DNA from: a virus
Lineage: Duplodnaviria; Heunggongvirae; Uroviricota; Caudoviricetes
Strand: one strand, 5' to 3'
Virus record (IMG/VR): IMGVR_UViG_3300035670_000071
DNA: 64,000 bases
Made by a program: the position numbers and the translations under genes. Each line of letters begins with the position of its first letter. The stretch's first letter is position 1. Positions 20,165-27,176 of the stretch are shown here, one piece after another. The notes under the pieces were generated by a model. That model worked only from the letters and a program-made list of their open reading frames with translations, had not been told where the DNA came from and searched no databases.

Positions 20165-20400
20165 ATTGTTGCGTGACGTTGATGAGTGTTACTTCGCTCT
20201 GGACGAAACGGTCAGGGTTCGAATCCCTGGTGTCGCTTCGGCGGCATTGGTGTAATGGTAGCACGTTAAATACACTCGTCGCTTGTTTCCGCACTTCATA
20301 GTCACAGGATGACGTAATCAAGAGTTACTTCGAAAACCAAACACGATTTCACAAAGACTCTTGGTGACTATTTCTCCTTCTGACACCTAAAATGGTGGCG
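20165..20400 (+). ncRNA. candidate Y-RNA-like ncRNA 2 containing a tRNA-like module (YrlA-like)
   Basis: At 20213..20264: T-arm cagGGTTCGAATCCctg, then a 7-bp acceptor-like stem closed by a UUCG tetraloop, then a D-arm GTGTaatggtaGCAC; lies directly downstream of the Ro60 gene on the same strand. Confidence 0.4.
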
Positions 20401-20771
20401 TAGTTAAGAAATACATCGCAAAAAATGGTTCAAGCAAGGATTCTATCCTTACAATTTCTTAACGATTGTTCCCCAACTTTACTTTAACACACCACTTTGC
20501 CAAATAGCAAAGTTTAAATTATAGAATGATTATCATACATAATTGAGGGCTTAAATTGGGTAAGAAACAAACTTGGCGAGTAGAGATTCCTATCACTGGT
20601 AAACTACGTCTTCTTCAGAGGACTAACTATCTTGAGTTCGTCAAAGTGTATTCTAATCTGGTCCGAGACATTAGATTAAAAAATAAGACGAGGCAATAAT
20701 ATGTGGGAAGTGGTTGTCATAGGAATCTTTTGCGTCATAGGATTCGTTATAGTATGGTGGATTCTTGACTT

Positions 20772-21095
20772 TTGAGGTGTATAAAAATGGTGTTAGAAAA
20801 GGTTATCGAAACTTGGAAATGTCCATATTGCAATGAAGAATACGACGATGAACTTGATGCTGAAGCGTGTGCAGAAGAATGTGCCGACGTAGAAAGTCCA
20901 ATCGAAGATGAACGAACTGAATATTACTGCGAGATGTGCGGTAAGAAACATCGTGATTATAATTATGCCGAGACCTGTGAAGAACTTCATAGGAAAAAAG
21001 AAGACCGACATTTCATCAAATGGCAACACGACGAGGAAATGAAGAAACTGGCTAAGGCCGCAGCCCATCCAGGGCAAAAGAAATTAGTGGTGTAA
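20772..21095 (+). CDS. zinc-ribbon protein
   Basis: CPYC...CAEEC...CEMCGKKH. Confidence 0.4.
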   Translation: MRCIKMVLEKVIETWKCPYCNEEYDDELDAEACAEECADVESPIEDERTEYYCEMCGKKHRDYNYAETCEELHRKKEDRHFIKWQHDEEMKKLAKAAAHPGQKKLVV

Positions 21096-21323
21096 ATGAA
21101 ACTTTTAGAAGTCTCACTCGACAATACAACAAAGAATAAGATAACAATCAAGAAAGATAGGATATTCAAGAAGCTTAACTATACCGACAAACTTGATTTA
21201 CGAGATGCGTTAATGGACTTTTGCATTGAACTCAATACAGAAGTCAAACAAGAATTAAAACAAAAGGAGACGAACTATGAAAAAGAAAATACTCGAAGTG
21301 TTCTTCGACGAAAAAGAAAATGA
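21096..21323 (+). CDS. hypothetical protein
   Basis: ORF in the gene run. Confidence 0.3.
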   Translation: MKLLEVSLDNTTKNKITIKKDRIFKKLNYTDKLDLRDALMDFCIELNTEVKQELKQKETNYEKENTRSVLRRKRK

Positions 21324-21462
21324 AGTGACCATCATAGAGACCGCAGCTTTCGGGAAACTCGACAGCTCATCTCGAACAGACATCAAGACAGGATTCCTTG
21401 AATGGACCAATAAGACAAAGATTAATGATGTTGTAAAAAAACTTGCTGGAGGGAAAAAATGA
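21277..21462 (+). CDS. hypothetical protein
   Basis: ORF in the gene run. Confidence 0.3.
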   Translation: MKKKILEVFFDEKENEVTIIETAAFGKLDSSSRTDIKTGFLEWTNKTKINDVVKKLAGGKK

Positions 21463-21651
21463 AACTTGCCGTCAATGAAGTAACACATATTTTTTATCAC
21501 AGAAAGACATATACACTCGCTAAACTTAATGCTCTTGTTGAAGAAGCATTAGGCATAAAGAATTTTACCGAGAACAAGATGCGTCTGACAAAAGACCAAT
21601 ACGAAGTTGTCATCGGATTGCTCGACGTATTGTTGCATAAGGGGGAAGAAA

Positions 21652-21924
21652 ATGACAGAGATAAAACAGATTGCAGGACGGCACAAATGCGGGAAGAGAA
21701 TGGTAATGAGAATAACCGATTACAAGCAATCGGAAGAGCAACCAGACTCAACTCTGGGTTGGCTGATTTACGGAGTGTGTCAGAAGTGCGAAGTAATCCT
21801 GATGTCAGCGATATTCCAACAGAAGGAAGAACCGAGGATGAACATCGACTTTATGATAACTGATGAAGTAGCAAAAGAAGGAAAGGGAGACCCTTTTAAG
21901 AATATCAAAAAGGCAAGACATTGA
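21652..21924 (+). CDS. zinc-ribbon protein (internal start MTEIKQ)
   Basis: HKCGKR...CQKCEV; start trimmed to avoid the overlap with 21459.. Confidence 0.3.
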   Translation: MTEIKQIAGRHKCGKRMVMRITDYKQSEEQPDSTLGWLIYGVCQKCEVILMSAIFQQKEEPRMNIDFMITDEVAKEGKGDPFKNIKKARH

Positions 21925-22068
21925 ATATACGAAAGCCGTTATCTAAGGACCAGAGACCAATAGCAACAATCCTCTGGGGAAATATATTCGGCTATCTGAA
22001 GCAGATAGTCACGCTTAGAGGCTTTAAGAAAACACGCCGCTTCATCATCGTATACGAATATCCGAAAG

Positions 22069-22356
22069 GTGAAGGAGGCAAAGAAAATGAAAATTCTTTT
22101 GATAACTGAACCTTATTGGAATGCAGGAAGAGAATTTGGTTGGGACGGACAATTCAGCCAGATTGGTATTCCAATAGACATTCCATATATCAAAGGGGAA
22201 GGTTATCTGCACATACAAGTGCAAGGGAGACCAGACATTTGGGCAGTATCCAAAGCAAGAGCAAGAGCCATTGTGCTACATTACAAAGCATACAAAGTCA
22301 TCAACGGTGTAAAACATTGTGTTGTTCCTTGGGCAGCATTCAATAAGGTTATTTAG
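22069..22356 (+). CDS. hypothetical protein
   Basis: ORF in the gene run. Confidence 0.3.
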   Translation: MKEAKKMKILLITEPYWNAGREFGWDGQFSQIGIPIDIPYIKGEGYLHIQVQGRPDIWAVSKARARAIVLHYKAYKVINGVKHCVVPWAAFNKVI

Positions 22357-22364
22357 CCAAAATT

Positions 22365-22970
22365 ATGTGTGAAAAAATGAGAACTTTTAACATAGAATTA
22401 ACCCCATATGCAATATTAAAACAATCAGATAAGCCGTGGTTAAAATTTGAACTAAGCTATATATCATATGATTTACAAAAATATTGTTATACTCACCCAG
22501 ATATATCAAAACTAAAAGAACAAATAAAAACAAGAAGATATGGGGAATTAGGAAAATGTTTTTTATGTAAAGAAAAAAAATCTGATTTACAAAATCATCA
22601 TCTTGTGCCAAACTTAGAAATAGCAAATAATTTTTTTTTTAGAATAACTGAAGGATGTGTTGTTCCTTTATGTCATAACTGCCACAATAGTTCTTTTCTT
22701 CATCATTTAGATGATAATGATGTTTGCGAAGCTATTAAAATAAGAGAAGAAATGGATATATATATAAAAGAAATAAAAAAATTAATAGAAGAAATAAATA
22801 ATTCTGCATTGATAAAAATTAAAGACTTATCTTTATTAAAAAGTTTTGTTGAAAAATTTGTTGATTCAGCAATAAAACAAGAATTATCTATAGCCAATGA
22901 AATGTTTAATATAATAACAAATTCAATACCACAAAAAGAGACTCACAATGAAAAACAATTACATCAATAA
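22365..22970 (+). CDS. HNH endonuclease (very AT-rich, compositionally distinct)
   Basis: CFLCKEKK...NHHLVPN...CHNCHN. Confidence 0.6.
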   Translation: MCEKMRTFNIELTPYAILKQSDKPWLKFELSYISYDLQKYCYTHPDISKLKEQIKTRRYGELGKCFLCKEKKSDLQNHHLVPNLEIANNFFFRITEGCVVPLCHNCHNSSFLHHLDDNDVCEAIKIREEMDIYIKEIKKLIEEINNSALIKIKDLSLLKSFVEKFVDSAIKQELSIANEMFNIITNSIPQKETHNEKQLHQ

Positions 22971-23331
22971 TATAAAAAAAATTGGAAGTCGTTTACTTGA
23001 TTATAAAATATACATCAGTAGAGCAACAAGCTACATCGCCATTGTAAATACTGGAATGATTCTTATGTTGTTCCTTTCAAAACTGGAAGACTACGGAATT
23101 GATATCGAACTACAGAACTGGGGATTGCCTATCTATATATTCACACTGATAATGTGCATCTTCATAGGATACATTGATGTCAAGCTCGGGCTTTACAAGT
23201 CAGAAGTCAGTAAGACACAACAGCAGAATCCGCAGATGTTACATATGATGCAAGAACTGAAAGACATAAAAGAGGAGCTTAGAAAACAAAATGAAATCAA
23301 TGAAAGAAGAAATAATAAAAGGATTCGCTGA
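22948..23331 (+). CDS. hypothetical membrane protein
   Basis: Two TM helices. Confidence 0.35.
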   Translation: MKNNYINNIKKIGSRLLDYKIYISRATSYIAIVNTGMILMLFLSKLEDYGIDIELQNWGLPIYIFTLIMCIFIGYIDVKLGLYKSEVSKTQQQNPQMLHMMQELKDIKEELRKQNEINERRNNKRIR

Positions 23332-23406
23332 GACATATGGTAATGTTGTTGAAGTATTCACTAACAGACATCACTTCTGGTTTGAAAAGAAAAATAAATA
23401 AAAAAT

Positions 23407-23928
23407 TTAATCATCTTCTGATTCATAGTCAGCAATGATTTCAAGGAATCTCATTAGCATAGCTATTTCCATATCTGTCAAGATGATTCTGCTCGTGCAG
23501 AGATTCTTTCTCAACTGCTTCATATCAGACTTCACTTTCTTCCAATCTATACTATCATCAATAGTCAACTGGAAAGTGTGACCTCTCATATGCGGCGGTA
23601 GATGTTCGGAATCTGCTAATACGATAGCACGTTTCGCCCTGTGGAATCCTTGGTGACAAGTCTTACACAAAGTAAGGCAATTCCTTCCGCTATCCTTCCC
23701 TCCGTTCTTCTGGAACTTTACGTGGTGCAAAGTAAGATGAGACTCGGGGTATTTGCATTCGGTATTTTGGCACTTGAAGTTATCTCTCTGGAATACCTCT
23801 GCTTTGATAACATACTTATCATAGATTCTTTGTTTGAGTTCGCTTGTTAGTCTATCATAGCTTCCGCTATCCCAAGACTTAAAATACTCGTCCATTGATA
23901 CAACTTTCCTAAATACTTCATATGCCAT
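23407..23928 (-). CDS. HNH endonuclease
   Basis: KCQNTECKY...HHVKFQKNGG...CKTCHQGFH. Confidence 0.65.
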   Translation of the reverse strand: MAYEVFRKVVSMDEYFKSWDSGSYDRLTSELKQRIYDKYVIKAEVFQRDNFKCQNTECKYPESHLTLHHVKFQKNGGKDSGRNCLTLCKTCHQGFHRAKRAIVLADSEHLPPHMRGHTFQLTIDDSIDWKKVKSDMKQLRKNLCTSRIILTDMEIAMLMRFLEIIADYESEDD

Positions 23929-23963
23929 TCTTTCACCCTATGTTTTCCTCCATTCCTCTTTTA

Positions 23964-24039
23964 TGAGCTGGACGGGATTTGAACCCGCAGCCACTCGATT
24001 AAAAGTCGAGTGCTCTAAACCAGGTTGAGCTACCAGCCC
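23964..24039 (-). tRNA. tRNA-Lys(UUU)
   Basis: Hand-folded cloverleaf; anticodon loop CTTTTAA; T-arm GCGGGTTCAAATCCCGT. Confidence 0.7.
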
Positions 24040-24042
24040 GTA

Positions 24043-24115
24043 TACCCGCACTGAGATTCGAACTCAGATTTGACGGTCCGAAGCCGACTGGACTTGTCCC
24101 TTATCCTATGCGGGT
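24043..24115 (-). tRNA. tRNA-Arg(UCG), putative
   Basis: Anticodon loop CTTCGGA with one U-U mismatch in the stem; canonical T-arm. Confidence 0.5.
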
Positions 24116-24821
24116 GTTGCCTTTCTCTGCTTCCAACATATTTACTAACTGATACACACCTGTCAATCCACCATATTCGTTACGTTCTATCCGACCTATT
24201 TTGGCTAAATTATATGTCGACAGTGTATCAAGGAATCGTTGTTTATAGACAAAGCTGATGCTCAGATATATGCTCTCTGCATTCAGCTCCTTCATATATT
24301 CATTGATTCGTTTGAACCAGTGCGTTATTTCATTGTCACGTATACGACTGAAACGTGCAGCCGATTGTCCTCCTTTCTTATGTTTGTGTGGCACTTCGCT
24401 GTGGATGTCGATGAGCTTTTTTATCTCTCCATCACTCATAACCTGTGCCCCGTAACATTCTTCAAGGTCGATGATTAATATTGTATACATCAGAGACGGC
24501 TCTCCACCGAATGTGAGAAGTTCCTTTCCACAATAATAATGCTTTGTCTTTCGCTTGTAAGGCTCTACTGTGAAATTCTCATCATCCCAAAAGAGACTAA
24601 CTCCAGATATACCAGGGTTGGAACTAAAGATAGTGTGCTATCTTATTGAGTCCCGTAAGTGTTTCGATACGGGTCTTGTTATCTTTTATGTTCCGTGCAG
24701 AACATATCTCTTTTCCAATGTCTGGTGCGTCTGCACCAACTGGTATGTGCATACTTATCATTTTCGTTCCTCCATATATTTTAGTGGACAGACTGGGATT
24801 TGAACCCAGGTTCTCTCGCAT
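24101..24821 (-). CDS. eRF1/aRF1-type peptide chain release factor (N and GGQ domains only), split across two frames at a CUU-UAG site
   Basis: N-part GTKMISMHIPV and CSARNIKDNKTR resemble the eRF1 motifs GTSMISLIIPP and TASNIKSRVNR. After a +1 shift at UAUCUUUAGU the frame stays open through YYCGKELLTF to KKGGQSAARFSRIR, which resembles eRF1 GRGGQSALRFARLR. Confidence 0.6.
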
Positions 24822-24858
24822 ATCAGGCGAGTGCGTTAACCAACTTTGCTATCTGTCC
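24785..24858 (-). tRNA. tRNA-Ile(GAU)
   Basis: Anticodon loop CTGATAT; canonical T-arm and acceptor; weak D-stem. Confidence 0.65.
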
Positions 24859-24860
24859 GA

Positions 24861-24931
24861 TGGGAATACTGAGAGTCGAACTCAGGGCTTCTGGTCTGGA
24901 GCCAGATAGGTTGCCACTACCCCATATCCCC
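24861..24931 (-). tRNA. tRNA-Trp(CCA)
   Basis: Anticodon loop CTCCAGA. Confidence 0.65.
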
Positions 24932-24932
24932 T

Positions 24933-25008
24933 TGGTGCCGCCGACGGGATTCGCACCCGTGTCCCGACATCGAAAGTGTCGGATGATTGGCTTCTACACT
25001 ACGGCGGC
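24933..25008 (-). tRNA. tRNA-Glu(UUC), CCA encoded
   Basis: Anticodon loop CTTTCGA; T-loop TGCGAAT, which carries G55. Confidence 0.65.
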
Positions 25009-25011
25009 GTA

Positions 25012-25084
25012 TGGAACCGTCGGGATTTGAACCCGAACCAATAAGGCTTCAGCCTATCGCACTCCCAGGTTATGCTACAGTTCC
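25012..25084 (-). tRNA. tRNA-Phe(GAA)
   Basis: Anticodon loop CTGAAGC. Confidence 0.7.
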
Positions 25085-25086
25085 AA

Positions 25087-25162
25087 TGGTGGGGCTGGGC
25101 GGATTCGAACCGCCGTCTCAGGTTCCAAAGACCTGAATGATTGGCCACTACACTACAGCCCT
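25087..25162 (-). tRNA. tRNA-Gln(UUG), CCA encoded
   Basis: Anticodon loop CTTTGGA; A1-C72 mismatch. Confidence 0.6.
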
Positions 25163-25169
25163 ATGTTGA

Positions 25170-25241
25170 CGCTGGTGACGGGAATTGAACCCGTGTCCCG
25201 AAGTAGACAGCCTCGGATGATAGCCACTACACCACACCAGC
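25170..25241 (-). tRNA. tRNA-Asp(GUC)
   Basis: Anticodon loop CTGTCTA; G73. Confidence 0.65.
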
Positions 25242-25244
25242 ATA

Positions 25245-25317
25245 TGGGGATGAGAGGATTTGAACCCCTGTCGAGTGGTCCCAAACCACTAATGCTTCCA
25301 AGCTACACCACATCCCC
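25245..25317 (-). tRNA. tRNA-Pro(UGG)
   Basis: Anticodon loop TTTGGGA. Confidence 0.7.
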
Positions 25318-25318
25318 G

Positions 25319-25392
25319 TGGTCTGCACTGCCTGAGTTGCACAGGCCTCCTCTGGGTTACAGCCAGTTGGCACACTCCGTGCCTTAGTGCAG
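25319..25392 (-). tRNA. tRNA-Tyr(GUA), short variable arm (type I), CCA encoded
   Basis: Anticodon loop CTGTAAC; 4-nt variable region; T-loop TGCAACT, which carries G55. Confidence 0.55.
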
Positions 25393-25397
25393 GTAAA

Positions 25398-25469
25398 CAC
25401 CCGTGCTGGGAATTGAACCCAGATTTAGAGGTTAGAAGCCTCCTGTCTTATCCTTTGGACGACACGGGT
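25398..25469 (-). tRNA. tRNA-Arg(UCU)
   Basis: Anticodon loop CTTCTAA. Confidence 0.6.
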
Positions 25470-25472
25470 ATA

Positions 25473-25549
25473 TGGGTTACAGGACGGGAGTTGCACCCGC
25501 TTCACCAGTTCCACAGACTGGTATGCTTTGCTGTTACACCACCTGTAAC
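25473..25549 (-). tRNA. tRNA-His(GUG) with encoded G-1 and CCA
   Basis: Anticodon loop CTGTGGA; G-1 pairs with C73; T-loop TGCAACT. Confidence 0.65.
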
Positions 25550-25579
25550 ATTGTCCGATGTTTTTATTTACGCATTCGA

Positions 25580-25671
25580 TGCACCTGCTGGGAGTCGAAC
25601 CCAGGGTCTCACGGAATCTTCGCCGTGAAATGGCATATAAGCCGTGTGCCTTACCACTTGGCCACAGGTGC
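25580..25671 (-). tRNA. tRNA-Ile(UAU) with a 20-nt intron-like insert at the anticodon loop
   Basis: Canonical acceptor, D and T arms; anticodon stem CACGG / CCGTG separated by CTTATAT plus a 20-nt insert that repeats CACGG. Confidence 0.5.
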
Positions 25672-25674
25672 AAA

Positions 25675-25747
25675 TGCGGATGTCGGGATTTGAACCCAAA
25701 CAAACTGCTTGGAAGGCAGTTGTGCAACCAGGTAACACTTCATCCGC
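25675..25747 (-). tRNA. tRNA-Gly(UCC), discriminator A73
   Basis: Anticodon loop CTTCCAA. Confidence 0.7.
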
Positions 25748-25750
25748 ATA

Positions 25751-25822
25751 TGGGCGAAGCAGGAGTTGAACCTGCGTCCTCCTCTTTGTAAGAGAGGTGT
25801 CATACCGTTAGACCACACGCCC
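25751..25822 (-). tRNA. tRNA-Val(UAC)
   Basis: Anticodon loop CTTACAA. Confidence 0.6.
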
Positions 25823-26143
25823 TTTATAGGTTAGCCTACTCTTGATAATTGTTCATAGAATTTGCAATCCAGAATTTTATTCTGGTATTGTTGCTCAAAT
25901 CAAATGTGTTTAGAAATTCTGAATCGCAAACCTTTGGGAACAATCACCATTGATATTGAAACGGCCTTCCGACTATTACGATGCCTGTTTCTCTATCCTG
26001 ATGTTTTACCAGTGTTTGATTCATAGTGAGTATGATTATGCAGGTTATATATAAAGTTTTCTTTTTGGAAACCCAAAGGGCACTTCCTAAGAAGCACCCC
26101 GTGGGAAAAGAGGTGATTCTATAGTTTATGTCATAGCTTGTAT

Positions 26144-26156
26144 TTATATATATTTT
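26144..26156. promoter_or_regulatory. TTTATATATATTT TATA-like motif
   Basis: Member of the recurring AT 15-mer family found in intergenic regions. Confidence 0.3.
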
Positions 26157-26160
26157 TCTA

Positions 26161-26244
26161 CGCTGAGAAGGGGAGTCGAACCCCCATATCCATTCCTGGA
26201 CGGCACCTTAGCAGAGTGCTGGGCCACCATTACCCAATCTCAGC
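26161..26244 (-). tRNA. tRNA-Ser(GCU), type II
   Basis: Anticodon loop CTGCTAA; long variable arm; G73. Confidence 0.7.
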
Positions 26245-26396
26245 ATTAATCTTTCAATGGTAGATGATGAATGATGCTATCTTCAGGCAGTGGCTCACGG
26301 AACCACATATGTATCTTGTTTTCTTTGAAGGCTCTAACTACTGCGGAGTCATCGTCTTTAAATTCAAAGTCATCTGGACCATCCTCGTCTACCATA

Positions 26397-26480
26397 CGCT
26401 GTGAGCAGGATTCGAACCTGCGACACACTTCCGTGTGCGATGGTTTTCAGGACCATTTGCTCACCATTCGCCTTCACAGC
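26397..26480 (-). tRNA. tRNA-Ser(UGA), type II, putative
   Basis: Anticodon loop CCTGAAA; long variable hairpin CACAC-GGAA-GTGTG. Confidence 0.55.
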
Positions 26481-26486
26481 ATTATA

Positions 26487-26571
26487 TAGGGGGTAAGGGA
26501 TTTGCACCCTTGTATTACCTACGTAAACCAGATTTTGAGTCTGGTGCGTTTGACTACTCCGCCAACCCCCT
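26487..26571 (-). tRNA. tRNA-Leu(CAA), type II
   Basis: Anticodon loop CTCAAAA; long variable arm; T-loop TGCAAAT. Confidence 0.65.
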
Positions 26572-26576
26572 ATGAA

Positions 26577-26661
26577 TACGGGGAGAGAGATTTGAACTCT
26601 CGTAGCACCTATGTGCAACAGCTCTTAAGGCTGCCTCGTTTGACCACTCCGACATCCCCGT
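26577..26661 (-). tRNA. tRNA-Leu(UAA), type II
   Basis: Anticodon loop CTTAAGA; long variable arm. Confidence 0.65.
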
Positions 26662-26666
26662 ATAAG

Positions 26667-26739
26667 CGGTGAGGGTGAGACTCGAACTCACAGTTCCTTG
26701 GTTAACGGCCAAGAGCCTTACCTGTTTGGCCACCTCACC
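26667..26739 (-). tRNA. tRNA-Asn(GUU), putative
   Basis: Anticodon loop CCGTTAA, with C33. Confidence 0.55.
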
Positions 26740-26744
26740 AATAG

Positions 26745-26815
26745 AGGTCCATCTGGGACTTGCACCCAGGTTTTGTGGGTTGCAGCCACACGCCTTGCTA
26801 CTTGGCCAATGGACC
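26745..26815 (-). tRNA. tRNA-Cys(GCA)
   Basis: Anticodon loop CTGCAAC; U73; T-loop TGCAAGT. Confidence 0.65.
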
Positions 26816-26818
26816 ATA

Positions 26819-26893
26819 AGCCGTCGACGGGATTTGAACCCGCATAGACCTCTTTACAGGAGAGGTGCCTCAGCCGAGTTAGACTACGACGGC
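26819..26893 (-). tRNA. tRNA-Thr(UGU), putative
   Basis: Anticodon loop CCTGTAA; enlarged D-loop. Confidence 0.5.
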
Positions 26894-26898
26894 ATATA

Positions 26899-26971
26899 TG
26901 GACACTGCGGGAATCGCACCCGCCGCCTCCTGTGTGCAAGACAGGCGTTCTACCTTATGAACTAAGTGCCC
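26899..26971 (-). tRNA. tRNA-Ala(UGC)
   Basis: Anticodon loop CTTGCAC; G3-U70 identity pair present; T-loop TGCGATT. Confidence 0.7.
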
Positions 26972-26977
26972 TTTGGA

Positions 26978-27062
26978 TACGGGAAGCAGGATTTGAACCT
27001 GCGTATCACCTACGTGAACTTGGTCCTAAGCCAAGTGTGTTTGACCGCTCCACCATTCCCGT
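26978..27062 (-). tRNA. tRNA-Leu(UAG), type II
   Basis: Anticodon loop CTTAGGA; long variable arm. Confidence 0.65.
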
Positions 27063-27075
27063 GTTAAATAAATGA

Positions 27076-27176
27076 TACCGATGGGCGGATTTGAACCGCC
27101 AAATCTCAAGGTTATGAGCCTTGCGGGATGCGAACTTTTACATTCTCCAAGTTACCCTACATCGGTATATTAAGTC
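27076..27176 (-). tRNA. tRNA-Met(CAU)-like with an extra segment of about 25 nt in the D-arm (possible non-canonical intron or pseudo-tRNA)
   Basis: Acceptor ACCGATG/CATCGGT, anticodon loop CTCATAA and T-arm GGCGGTTCAAATCCGCC are canonical, but the D region is about 27 nt too long. Confidence 0.4.

Noticed and set aside
20636-20700. GGUCCGA motif (ctaatctGGTCCGAGAcattagatt), identical to the conserved Ro-binding element of metazoan Y RNAs
   Set aside because: Here it lies in the loop of a local hairpin, not in a long terminal stem paired with a 3' strand, so I could not assemble a convincing Ro-binding helix by hand; it is mentioned only as a lead for covariance analysis.
24570-26965. Plus-strand ORFs across the tRNA array (24570..24803, 24646..24909, 24800..25030, 25163..25387, 25413..25628, 25472..25693, 25558..25791, 26271..26489, 26669..26965)
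   Set aside because: They are translations of the antisense of tRNA genes (GFEP / RFESC-type peptides from reversed T-arms); the array is minus-strand tRNA genes, not coding sequence.
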